From Phoronis australis (lineage: Eukaryota > Animalia > Phoronida): DNA of 64,000 nt. Each line of letters opens with the position of its first letter. The stretch's first letter is position 1. Below, piece after piece: positions 36,378 through 49,100 of this stretch. Under the pieces are notes generated by a model. That model saw nothing but the letters and a program-made list of their open reading frames with translations, was not told where the DNA came from and did no database searches. The position numbers were made by a program, and so were the translations under genes. The stretch covers positions 268,260-332,259 of the forward strand of contig NMRA01000017.1 of NCBI GenBank assembly GCA_002633005.1. Reading direction: 5' to 3'.

Positions 36378-38773
36378 GGGTAATGAAGATATAGTGTTTC
36401 ATTGGCACTGTTTGATACACCTTATTCGTACAGTTACCATTTAAAAAAGTGAGCCTCTTTTTAAGTTTTAAAAGCATTGCATTCTACGCTTAATCACGGC
36501 GCAAAGCGTCATTTTTTTCGCGCGTGTCTCGTTATATTACATTTATATGTATATTTTATATAAGTGCATTGTTTTTAAACCTAAAAAGATACTCGCTACT
36601 AATATCGCGACTGCATAAATAATGTCTATTGTGGAAAAATACCAGTATTCCCAGTCTAGTATACTTAAGTTGACTCTTGCAGACAAGTCCATCACATTGA
36701 CCCTAATTGACCACACGTTGATCTTAATTGACCATTCAGGTAGTTGTCCACCCAGGACAATATTGTGTTTAATGTACTCACTCCACTTTAGCCCGAGCTG
36801 TTATCTCGGACTAAAATGTCACACATTTCGTGGTGTGGGGACAGGAAATTTAATTTTAATTTAGGTCTAATTACTAATTTATGTCTAATTACTAATCGTT
36901 GTGATGTTTCTGATATTGATGTAACAGTTATATTCATAACACTTTAAAAGTACACTTCATATACTAATTGGCACTTGAACCTGGTGGAGTTAGTTTGGAA
37001 ATGAATTTTAACGATTTTAGTTGTTATGAAGAAGTTGTGTTATAACTTTAAGCAGTTTGCAGTGAAGATGTCTAGCATAATCACACTTACTGAAACAGAC
37101 ATATCCTTTGCATTGATTACTGCCTAAAACCATCTTTACACCCAAGTTGTCAACACCCGGTGTTGGTGAATGGACTAGTTGTTGTAACTATTAAAGAAGA
37201 GCACTACATTGACAGGTCAGAAATGGTGAACAGTCGAAATGGTTCATTTAGCCAAAATAACACCAATAAGTTCCAGAATCTGACCACAATATAACCGTAC
37301 AAAACACGAAGTGTTAACTTGCCTTATTTCACGACTTATTTTTTGTAAGCACATATCTTAGCCAAGTCGAATCATTTGATATTTCGCCATTGTGTAATAA
37401 TTGCCAAAATTTTCATTTTTCAAGGACAGATTACTTTGCTATAAATATCAAAAACTACCAATTTATGTTTTTTGTGCATAGCACAAACCATGGTAGTAAT
37501 AGTCAACCTTTAACTTTATTTGTTTGACGAAATTTGACAAAATAGACTTTCACTTGTCGGCCATATTGTATGCTTATTAAGAAAAGCATTACCGCTCTTG
37601 TCGTCTTTATGGAAATGTGGATTAGTGCCGTGGTCTATCATCAGTTTAGGACACAATATGGCTGACAAATGAATGTTTTATTTTTTATTTTTCGTGACGG
37701 AGAAGTAGCACCAACCTACCGCTTTAAGATTTTCAAGTTTTATACCATAGGTACCAGCGTACAAAGTTTTGAGAAAGTGTGGGAATTCACAACAATGTCA
37801 GAAGCCTTTAAAATTGTTAATTTTGGCAATTATCATGCGCGCACCCAGCCTTCAATATGGGGCGGGCTCGAATTTCTGTCGATGTGAACGGGGTGCTACC
37901 TTCAAAACTGTGAACTCTGCGTCTGCGTCTCTTTAGTGTACTTTTGCCTCATTTTCTCAGAGTTTTTGTTACTCTGAGGCGGACCTTTTTGCCCACTTCG
38001 CCAAATGGGGAGGGGTGCGCGCGTGATTATGTTACAAATGTTTTGTGCAAACATTCTAAGTACAGTGTTGAAGAGGAGTGACAAGGTATGCAGACCCTTT
38101 CATTGTCTCAAGTTTTGGTGAACTTTCGTAATAAGTTGTGAAGTTTCAACCACATTAAATCTGGGCTTTGTATCGCAAAATAGATTAAATTTAAGCCATT
38201 TACCAATATAAAATTGGTCTCATCTTCATCACTCAGTTTACAAGTGGTCTCTGGACTCAAGCCATTAAGTCATAAAATTTCAAATCACATTGCGACACAA
38301 AATTTCAAGCAATAAAAAAGCCTGTTCTTTCAAAGCTCTGAAAGCCTCTCAAATTTGACTGTAGAAGAGTTTGAGACCAATTTTGTAATAGTAAGTGTCC
38401 TGATTGACTAATACTGGATCACTGACAACCAATCTTGGTTTTAACTGAGCAGAGGTTAATGTATAAAGACTTATGTGTGAAAAAAGTTAGTCGAAACCTG
38501 TCATTTTTCAGTACACGACAAATGTTTGTACCAATAATTTCCACAAACTCAATGGCCACTTGCTTAACCTTGAGATAGCTTGAATGAACTTGGAATTCCA
38601 TGTTCATTGTAGTATTTGAAGTTTACTCAGGACCAATACAATCTCAGAGCCATGACATAACTTGATCTGACACATGGTATGTATAAATTATTCATCTTAG
38701 CGCGTGCTGTCAAATGTTGAGAAAATGTTCAACCGTTCATCTGGAATTCAAGTTCAGAATGATATGCTTGGTT

Positions 38774-38873
38774 AAAATGTGTTTCCTAAATACAAATAAT
38801 ATTTCTTGTATCAGCTAGTCAAAATGTGTTTCCTTAATACAAATAGTATTCCTAGTATCAGCTAGTTGAAAAT
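38774..38873 (+). repeat. 47-bp tandem duplication
   Basis: AAAATGTGTTTCCT.AATACAAATA.TATT.CT.GTATCAGCTAGT occurs twice. Confidence 0.85.
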
Positions 38874-39452
38874 AACCAAAACATTTGTTGTTCAAAAAAA
38901 GTAAAAATTTTTCAGGTATTTCATACAAATTTGGCTTGCAGTGAAGTCAGTGGTGAATGGCCACAGCAGAGGTAAAAATTTTAATCTTCAATGTATGTGT
39001 TTCCATGGTTATACGCTGGAAAGGGTTGAATTTTGCTGTAAATTGGTTGCACAAGCCTGTATTAATCTACACTATAGTGTCATATGGAAAATGATGAACA
39101 TTGTATTGAACAGGTTTTCATTTAGCTGTGACTTGAACAAATTACAGAGGCAATGAAAGCACCATGTTATAAAGTAGTTCCTTTCTGCTTTTGGGAAAAT
39201 GAGAAACAGCGATAGTTTACTCTAGAGTGCAGGATATCATATACACAGGGGTTATGGCAATGACCTATTGTGTCTCCAAAGACATTTCAATAGCAACATA
39301 TCCGTTTTGAGTTTCAAGGTGAGTTCACTCCAGTGGGAACAGAATATCAGGCACACATAGTCATAATCATGAAGTGTGTTCATTGATGCCTGTGAAAATT
39401 GACCTGAATTTTTTTAAAAGTACATTCCATAATGACATTTTGTTACAGTTAA

Positions 39453-39621
39453 ATTCTAATGAAACTATTGTATTATATTCAAGGCTATAGTAATTCTAAT
39501 GAAACTTTCTGTTGTATTATATTCAAGGCTGCAATAATTCTAATGAAACTTTTTATTGTATTATATTCAAGGCTATAGCAATTCTAATGAAACTTTCTAT
39601 TGTATTATATTCAAGGCTATA
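39453..39621 (+). repeat. ~44-bp tandem repeat, 4 copies
   Basis: Unit AATTCTAATGAAACTTTCTATTGTATTATATTCAAGGCTATAG(C/T). Confidence 0.9.
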
Positions 39622-40699
39622 AGCATCCTATTTTCATTCTGGCTCCCTCATTTATTTTGATAAGCATGTTTTAAATATAGATCTGCTCACTGTTTCTTCT
39701 GTTGTGTAGTGAAAGAGATGTTGGACAAACTAACTTCTCAATACATTTCTTTATTAATACTTTCTACTATGAGAACCAAGTTTATTGTTTCAGAAGGTTT
39801 GACATTATGGATAGATTATGTTTCTCAAGTTACCAGACTGTGTTGGTGAGGACACCTGCTGGAGGCAACGTGAACTAAGTGACTGGTTGGCTGTAGTGAT
39901 AAGACATGGATGATCTACTGTAACTAGACTGATGTCTTGCGTAATGATAATGAACAAATATGTGCTGCATTATTATAATCAATATATCTATATCAATACA
40001 GGTATGTTAATAGATAAACAAAAAATAAATAATAAGCCCTTACCCTTGCAATAATAAGTTACATTTGTTAGTGTGGTGGTCGATTTGGTAACTTGCAGCT
40101 CGCCAATGTAATTTGTATCAGTTTATTTTTATCGTACTTCTTCTGGTAACAATTTCCCTAACTTAACTTTTTACTAGGAATAGTATTTCAGAAGCCAAAC
40201 AGTTTGAAAAATCACCAGTTTTAGTTCAGGGCATATCAATTAATTTTACCCAGTGTTTGACTGTCATGAAGTCATAGGTATGCAATAAGTGCTATGGTCC
40301 ACATAACGTGCACAATTTCCTGATGAGCGCCAACGGGACTTGTACAAAAATTGTGACCAAGTACAAGGTGCTTTGAAACGGGCAGAGTTTGTTATGCAAA
40401 TAATAATTCGCCTGCAATTTGCTTCCGATTTTAACTTTTTCCAAATGCAATATATTTGTTCCGCAATTATGGTTATTTTCTGAAATCAGTTCATCAGCTG
40501 ATCTTCGGCGTACACATTTAAGTACACGCTGAAACTACAACAAGAAGTTAGGACATGGGATCGATATTTTGTGGCAAAAACTAGGAGGGCCCAACCGTAA
40601 CGCATGCACAAACCACGGGTTCTGTGTCTTCTTACCCCTAAACCCACCACAAACTGTGAACATTTGCCAGAGGCTCATTTCATTCATTCAGTCTGCTTC

Positions 40700-41060
40700 A
40701 GGCAAATACGTACTCACAACATGGTGACTGTCGACACTGAAAATGCATCATACAACTTCAGGTTCATGTTTGTAGACATAGGAGCACGAGGTCATGGTGG
40801 AAATTTTCGTGTTAATGCAAATCAAGTCAGAAAAGCACTGGGCACCGATTCACCTCAACTTGCCAGAACCAAAGAAGTTCATGGTATACACAGAACATGA
40901 CGCATTCCCCATTGAAATCTCACTGCATCCTCATGGTTTCATTAAACCCCATCTTTCTGAAGGCCTACAAATAGTGTATAGTGCCTTCAACAAAAAAATA
41001 CCACTACTGATATTTCCATAGAAACACTGTAGACAAAGAAAGAATCCCATGTTTTGGCAA
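40700..41060 (+). mobile_element. PIF/Harbinger (HARBI1-like) DDE transposase relic
   Basis: NASYNFRFMFVDIGARG..GG, then LNLPEP...HDAFPI, match the Harbinger transposase motifs DAxYxFxxVDxGxxG and LPxP...GDxAFPL. Frameshifted. Confidence 0.7.
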
Positions 41061-41471
41061 CTTTATCCAAATCTTGCGATTCATATTGATGCCCATTTCA
41101 ATACTGGTTCTTTATATGCATTATTGAAATGCTTGTTATATGGCGATGAATTAAGCTTCTTTGCTTGTAATCCTTGTTTCTAATGAATTGAAAATAAAGT
41201 GAGTTTGTTTCTAATGGCAATTAGTTGCTTGTGTTCTCAGCTAAACCCTTCACTTTTACTTATTGACTACCTTTGAAATTGTATTTTTGTATACATATGT
41301 CATCAAATCTAGGAAATCTTATTTATACATGACATATGTCACCTGCATATTTAAATACGATGTCAGTGATGTGTGAAAACTCTTATTTTCTCTGCCTAAT
41401 CACACCTGTACAGCTAGTTTATGCTGGACACTCACCTGTCGTTACTCAGATAAATCCCTGTTGAGTACGAA

Positions 41472-41697
41472 ATGTTTTCATCGTTTTCAAATTTGTCTTC
41501 TGACAAGACACTTAGGAGTTTTGGAGACCTGTGCCAGATTGGATCGTTACGACCGTCGCCGTCTGCATGTCGTCGTGCTATCACCCCACAGCTTCAACGG
41601 AGAAATTTGAATCAACTGCAAGTGCCAGTTTGTTTGGGAAAGACTGGACTAACATATGGTAGCAGGAGTCAACTTTTAAATGCTGGAGTGAATAACA
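41472..41697 (+). CDS. Alternative first coding exon, paralogue A (MFSSFSNLSSDKTLRSFGDL...AGVNN +1 nt)
   Basis: gaaATG, 75 codons + 1 nt, donor AACA|GTGAGA. 19 of the first 27 aa are identical to the 45123 exon, many with synonymous codon changes. Confidence 0.8.
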
Positions 41698-43090
41698 GTG
41701 AGAACTTCAACTGTTTCATTGTTTCATTTTGTTCTTGTACTTGATATTGTTATTAAGATTGTCTGGTAATATGGGTGGATTTTCTTGACCTGCTGAGGTG
41801 TTTATGTGCATTGTGTTCTATGGTTTGAGTGCCTGCTGTAGTCCAATGCATTTCTTAATGAGTTAACATGAGAGATAAAACCAGACCAACTATCCACCAG
41901 CTGCCCATGAAGGGGTCGTATCATCATCATTTACTTTGTTTCCTTGATATCATTATCAGTCTTAAGTGATAATTGATCTCAAAACAGGTTCACTTTCAGC
42001 AATAAATGGATAAACCTAACACTAAACACAGCCCTCTTACTCCTGCCTGTGTGTATCCTTTGAAACAGCTATTTACAAAAAGCGTCAGCAAAGCACCAGC
42101 AAGGATGGCCCTTGTAACTTCACACAACTGGCGTTTTTTGCAAGTAGCATTCAGGAAAAGAAGACAGCTAGCATTCTTGCCAGGTTGTGAATAGGGTTAA
42201 TCTGGTGTGTTATGACAAATAGGTTAAGGGTCATGTACAAGGCTGATGTCGTGACAGCTGGTTCTGAGGAACAGTACCTTGAATGGAACTAATTTGCATG
42301 GGCATGAGGTCGAAGGGTACACTGAGATGTGTTAATGATGTGTTAATGATGTATTTTCATGGGTGCGTGCTCATAACTATGCTAATGTATATCAGGAACT
42401 AAACGACAGTGCTTTTTGAATGGTATGCATGCTAAACCAAAGTGCATTGGTATTCAATGACAACTTGTAAATATGAAAACAAAAAAATCAGCAAATAGGT
42501 GCACTATTGATGTACCTTGAAGGCTCACATAATCCACATCATGCACTGTTATTTCCTAACACCACGTCACGATACTTACTGGATACGGTTGGTTGATTTA
42601 TGGCGAACCATTTTCAACACAAAACTTAAAAACATTTGGCAATTTTCAACCTAATTCATATTCACATCGTCGCTATATGTTGTGTTTCTAACTAACCTAA
42701 CCAAATAAAATAATAGCAGGCGGTCTGATACACGTTGTACCAGATGTGCGCAGGCCTTGCATGTGGGCCCATTGCACTGATCACCTGGAAATATTTTTAT
42801 GCTTTATTGATATATGGTTAAAACTAACCTAACCAAGCAATCACAGAGATATATAAGGAATTAATGTGCAAGTTCCACTTAAAGTGGCGTTACTGAACAG
42901 CACAGATTTGGGACATTAAATTTTTGTGAATGTTGCATGAACGCGCCAGAGTGCGATTCTTTTGTAGTCCAGGATCGTCAAAACATTGAATATAGGGTAT
43001 TGCAAATTCTTCAAAAAAACCTCTGGTTGACAAAAGTGTCCAGTAAGAGCCAGCACATGTGGTAACAAATGTCTTTTGACTGTAGTTATG

Positions 43091-43230
43091 AGTAGCGGAT
43101 TTAGAGGGGGACAAGGGGGCCATGGCCTCAGATTCCATTTGTCAGTTCAAGGGTCAAATGTCTGATGGGCAAAATACTGGCTAATACTCTGCTCTGGCCC
43201 CCCTAACTCAAAATCCTGGCTCCGCCATTG
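43091..43230. mobile_element. Short MITE (CAGTGGCGG...CCGCCACTG-type ends)
   Basis: AGTAGCGGATTTAGAGGGGG ... AAATCCTGGCTCCGCCATTG, with GTTATG on both flanks. A related element lies at 61667-61977. Confidence 0.65.
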
Positions 43231-43895
43231 GTTATGATACATTAAGAGGGGAGTAGACTTCCTGTGTTTTACTTATCATGCAGTAACAGGTGATATGTTT
43301 GTTTGTTTTGCAATGTTCAGTGGTATACAATGAGCGTGCTGAGATATTGGCTCATCTTTGTTTGTGCACGATATAATTTCCTTTGTTTTTATTCCAAGCT
43401 TGTGAACATGTATCCCATCCTACAATAATATTATGGCGAATTGCCAAACTGCTTTTATTCTTGCATTTTTAAGTGATTGATTTCCTGGGAAATTCAGAGT
43501 GACGTTTGCAATTTTGAAAAAAGCACATTTTTTGTGTCATAAAATGTTAATCTCTAACATCTGCCAAACAACAGTGAGAGTGTGGAGGTCATACCTGCTT
43601 GACCCAATTTCAAGTTATGATATACAATCTAAGGTTATGTTGACCTCAACTCTAATTAAGTCAAATATTGAGAAAACTTTGCTTTGTCATCCATTAGAAG
43701 TATATATTTTCTGAAAGGAGAAAGATTGAGGATTCTAAAATATCCTTCTTATTGCTGTTTCTTTAATATATTGTCATGTGACCGTGTTTTTTAAGGTAAC
43801 TGAACCTAATGTTAAGTAGGTTGTACTTATGTCCAAATATCTTAAACTCCGGTAGCGCAAACCCCTTCAAAGTATATATTAACTGAAAGGTGAAT

Positions 43896-44313
43896 ACATT
43901 CCCTAACAAAATTTATTAATCTAATTTATTTTTCTTTATTTTTTAAAAGATATGTATTTTTGGTAATTTTTTTGTCTTTAAACAGATTTTAAGAATATTG
44001 TTACTTCAGTCATATTGGTCTTTTGTCAACACGTTGATAAGGCATTTTCGAGGGAACCGTGTCTCAGATTTTTGAACTATTCTTCGTTTATGAAGGCTTC
44101 GTTCTGAAAAATTAGAAACCTACTTCAAAAATCTGAGACACGGTTCCCTCGAAAATGCCGTTATTAATGTGTTGACAAAAGACCAATATGGTTCAAGAAA
44201 TATTATTTTTGAAATCTATGTTCGAAGTCAAACAATTTTTGTTACTAAAAATACATATCTTGTGGTAAAATAAAAACACGTAAATCAGAATTATAATTTT
44301 TTTAGGGAAATGT
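43896..44313. mobile_element. Fold-back palindromic element (~420 bp)
   Basis: Perfect 36-bp inverted core (44041-44076 vs 44124-44159), near-perfect arms 44011-44076 / 44124-44190, and diverged outer arms out to ACATTCCCTAA / TTAGGGAAATGT. Confidence 0.85.
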
Positions 44314-44784
44314 GGTAAATAAGTGTCTGTTATGATGGTGATAGCATCTATCCATTTTGGGATGGATTTGACGTATTGTGCGCCACCTAGTGTCTATTTT
44401 TTGATAATTGCAAACATTCCTAGGATCACACTGTAGTTTGCGTTGATGTTGCTGTGGTTGGTGCATTTCAACGCTCTGCATTGCTCTTGTATAGAATTTT
44501 GAAAAACACTGAAAATCTCAATGCTTTTAACCTTCATCCACATCACATGTGAAGTGACTGAAGGTGGCGCTGAATGTTACCTACCAAATACTATATAACC
44601 TGGTATCAACATTGTAATGGCCCACGCATTGCTTTAAATCAGGTCATCATTGCATTGCTTCAAACTGGTATCAATTTCATGAAAGTGAACAGCAGTCCAG
44701 TCAGTCCTCTGTTTTATCACATTTAATTGGCATCTTTCTGGTGTAGTTTAACTCCCAAATCGTAACTTTTTGAATTTTTAACTT

Positions 44785-44957
44785 TAGGGTCAGTGCAGAT
44801 GGATACGACGAGCTGATAGCTTTTCCCAGGATGTGAGAATACGACAACAATTGCTCTCTCAGTTGTTCTTGGTCTTGTCATTTTACCTGTTAGACCAGCT
44901 ATGGTTCACTTGAGACGGTCAGTTCAGCTCTCATCTGTCCATCTGCACTGGCCCTTA
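44785..44957. mobile_element. MITE-like element with ~32-bp TIRs
   Basis: TAGGGTCAGTGCAGATGGATACGACGAGCTGA pairs with TCAGCTCTCATCTGTCCATCTGCACTGGCCCTTA. Confidence 0.7.
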
Positions 44958-45122
44958 TAATTTTCCCGAGTATTCTAGATAAAAATGCAGCTTTAATGTA
45001 CACATGATGTTGGAGGTCAGCGAATTAATTTTGCACAAGATGTCGGAAAATTGATGAATCTGTTCAAACAACCAGCATGTGTTGTTGTACGTGACTAGTA
45101 ATTACACATACTTGTTTGGAAA

Positions 45123-45324
45123 ATGTTTGCATCAGCGTCAAGCCTCTCCTCTGATAAATCACTCAGGAGTTTGGGTGATCTTATGCGAACAGGGTCGTTG
45201 CGTCAGTTGCCAATTGACTTGCGGAGGTATGCAATAACCCCACAGGTGACCCGCAGAAAAGAAGTAAAATTGGGCAAGAGGGTGAAGCCACTGCAGTCAC
45301 ACCTTAGACAGCAAAGTAATAACA
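45123..45324 (+). CDS. Alternative first coding exon, paralogue B (MFASASSLSSDKSLRSLGDL...QQSNN +1 nt)
   Basis: aaaATG, 67 codons + 1 nt, donor AACA|GTAAGC. Protein-level homology to the 41472 exon, including AITPQxxRR and terminal NN. Confidence 0.8.
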
Positions 45325-45470
45325 GTAAGCAGTGATTACTGGTCTTTGTAAAGTCAAATGAATGTTGTACCTAGGAGGATCTGGATGTTTCTGGTGTTTG
45401 TAACAGTAACAGAAAGATCTTGGTGTTATAGCTTGGAGGTGATGTTTGGTAATGGTGTTGTGCTGATGTG

Positions 45471-46110
45471 TAGTGCAAGGACTAGCTAGGCTTGTTGGAG
45501 TTTAATGCAAGTATTAGCTAGGCTTGTTCATGTTTACTACAAGAACTAGCTAGGCTTGCTCATGTTTAGTACAAGGACTAGCTAGGCTTGCTCATGTTCA
45601 GTACAAGGACTAGCTAGGCTTGTTCATGTTTAGTGCAAGGACTAGCTAGGCTTGCTCATGTTTGGTACAAGGACTAGCTAGTGTTTAGTACAAGGACTAG
45701 CTAGGCTTGTTCATGTTTAGTACAAGGACTAGCTAGGCTTGTTCATGTTTGGTACAAGGACTAGCTAGGCTTGTTCATGTTTAGTGCAAGGACTAGTTAG
45801 GCTTGCTCATGTTTAGAACAAGAACTAGCTATGCTTGCTCATGTTTATTACAAGGATTAGGTAGGCTTGTTCATGCTTAGTACAAGGACTAGCTAGGCTT
45901 GTTCATGTTTAGAACAAGAACTAGCTATGCTTGCTCATGTTTATTACAAGGATTAGGTAGGCTTGTTCATGTTTAGTACAAGGACTAGCTAGGCTTGCTC
46001 ATGTTTAGTACAAGAACTGGCAAGGCTTGCTCATATTTAGTGGTAGGATTAGCTAAGCTTACTTGTATTTAGTACAAGGACTAACTAGTCTTACTCAAGT
46101 TTAGTGGAAG
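45471..46110 (+). repeat. 32-bp minisatellite, ~20 copies
   Basis: Unit TAGTACAAGGACTAGCTAGGCTTG(T/C)TCATGTT with an internal palindrome CTAGCTAG; decays at both ends. Confidence 0.95.
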
Positions 46111-49100
46111 TACTATGCCTTTTTTGACCGTTAGCTTACCTGTCGAATTGCGATTAGTTGTTGAAGTTCTTTTTAATATTCACATGTCCTTTTTAATGTG
46201 TATAGATAAATCTCTTTAGTAAGAATTTTATTCGTTCTAACTTTGTATTCAGCAGTGAGTTAAAAAGTTAGTTAAAAATGCCATTACACTACCTGGAGTT
46301 AAATCTCAGTTGATCTTCATTGGTTTTCAAATTCTCTTAAAGTTGTGAATGTCAGCAATTTCTCAAAACATTGTCTTATGGTAGCCATGGTATATAATGT
46401 GATAATGCAGTAATTTGTTGTCTATGGAAAATAGGAAAAAATGAATTTACACCTTTCTGCCATATTGTGTGTGACTTCATAGTGTTTTATAAACAATTAC
46501 AGTGGATTTTTTCTCTAGACAAAAATAAGACTTGGACCAAGGGAGAGCACTTTTTTATAGTGAAAAAATTCAAGTTGTTCTCTAAGAAATTTTAATGTAT
46601 TTGTGAATTACCAGTCACTTAGTCACATGGGCACTTTTCTTGAGTTAAGGTTTTTATATAGTAGTGTAGATATTTGGGTAAATGAATACACAGACTGGCT
46701 TGTCATTCTGATCCTACATCACCCATGTTCTGAGCCTGAAAGGTAATATTAGTTGGACTACCTTTGTGCCATTTTCTTATGCGCATCAATTTGGGAAACT
46801 CTGGTACAAATCTGAGACTTCAAACAAGAATATGTTCAGTTCGTGGGGATAAATTTTCGGTTGAAGCGGTCAGTGAACTTCATTCAGTGCATGATTTTAT
46901 TGCATGTTATCTCTGTGTCTCAGGATACAAAAACGGTTCCTCTGTAAAAATGTGCAAAAACCATGGTTTTCAATTTAGATGGCATGCTGCATGGGGTATT
47001 TACACATTTTTTACCAGGTTTCTCTGAGGAGCTCCTTTTTTGGTGTTGATGTTGAATTTTACACAGCTGTGCAGATAGGCTAAATGAATGTTAAACGAAA
47101 TATTAATATAGCTCTAACACTCTTCGTTGTTGTCATGTGGTGATCTGAAGGACTTGATGGACAGACTAAATAGTGGTCAGTTGTCCAGCGTGCGTGCATG
47201 ATGACCAAGGTCCCCCTTTAATGAACACCGATGTAACTGAACAGTGCTCTGGTTATACTGTTAACCCTCTTTGGTTAGTTATCAGTTCAATCACAGTTAG
47301 CAGCCATTTGTCATAATATACCGGTAATCAATAGAGTGTCTCTTCATTAATTGTGAGTCTTTGAGAAAGTACTTGTAGCAATTTCAGAAAGTAGTTGTAG
47401 TAATATTTTCATCATGATTGTGATACGACGAATCATGAAATTTAACTTCTTAATTAATTTAGTTACATTTTTTTAAATTTCCATCATTGTGACATGTCAC
47501 TCCTTGTAAAATCACCTGCCAGACACTTCATTTAAACATGCGAGGCCTCTTGCGCACTTCCCCCAGTTGATTGTCCTTAGATCTCTGGTCTATATTTGCA
47601 AGCCCTGGTTGATTGAGCGTGTGTAATATCTACAACATTTGCTGTTGATATAACATTAAAATCCATTTGAGGAATGGAGCCTGAAATTTTAACTGCACCA
47701 AACACACACATACTGGGTAACAGACATTATGACATGTTAAATAAAACATGTTAACTCTGCCTTGACACACACTGCTCCCCCTGGCTGTCTGTTTGTTCAT
47801 GCACTTAGCTAATTGTTGTGAGTCATTAAGCTGGAAAGTCAAAATAGTAGTTAAAACATGACCTCTTAATGTGTGATTATTTCAGCATTATTTGAAACCC
47901 TTTATATTTCCTGCAATGATTGTGTGACTGTAATAATCGAGCTCTGGCTCTTGTGCTGCACTGGATTTGTTAATATGTCAACTTGTAAATAGTCTGGGCT
48001 TGTATAGTTAACTGTTGAATGTGTGGCTAAGTGAGTTGTGTAAAGAGCATTTATTCCTAGTATAGACATCTAGGGTCAGGATGGAAACTACCAGAAACTA
48101 GGTATGTCTATTACAGCATTGGCATTGTGTCTTGTTTTTGATAATGGAGGCTTGAGTCTTTGGTTAACGTTTACTGGTTTAAATAGTGTGAGGTTTTGTA
48201 AAAACTGTCATCCTCACGTGTCCCTGTCTCGTGGAGGTTTGCAAACATTTTTAGATAAAGTGATCGGCTTGGATACAAACTTCAACTGCTCTTGTCTCTT
48301 GGCAAAACATTCTACAAATGTCAACTAGACTATTGAATACATTGGTCTACAAAACATTCTACCAATATCAACTCGCCAATACACTGGTTTACGAAAAAGT
48401 AAATCTGTAAACTTAAAGGTAAATGAATTACCTATAAATCATGACATTAGACAATGTATATCTGTCGAAGTGCTCTCAATAGGATTCAAGTTGGTGAGAA
48501 TAACACAACACTGTCAGTTTCAAGGTTCAGCTCAGTCTCAAAGAGGAGGCTACCATCTTCTGTACTAAAACTGTTGTCAATAATTTAAAGTTGCATTTCG
48601 ACCTGTCTTGCTGGCTAAAACAAAGAAAACAAATTAGGCCTTCACTCTCATAGAACCGGTATCAACGTTTTCCTTATCATGACAGGACTTGTTTACGGTT
48701 ATCAAGAACATATAAACTTGCAACAGGTCAAAAACACATCGACGATCATTGATTTTGTTTGGCTTGGCTGACCTTGATATTCATAAATGACTCGCAGGAA
48801 CTTCCTGTCAAAAGTAGGCCAGTCACGTGGCACAACCGCATGACAATGGCTATTTCGCGTGAGTGCTCCGCTGATTGCTATCCATAAAGTCAAAAATTAA
48901 TTTCTACAGCATTTTTATTGGCATGAAAAATCTGCATTAGCTGAGTTTAATTCTTTAATTTTGTGATTATTTGTCAAAATGCACACCTTTGCTGATCCCA
49001 GTATACATGCCTCTTTCACAAATCATCTGAGGGTGTCATATCTACTCCCTATCCTGCTTTTGAAACCAAAAAAAAATTGAATTATCTGTCAATAGTTTGT

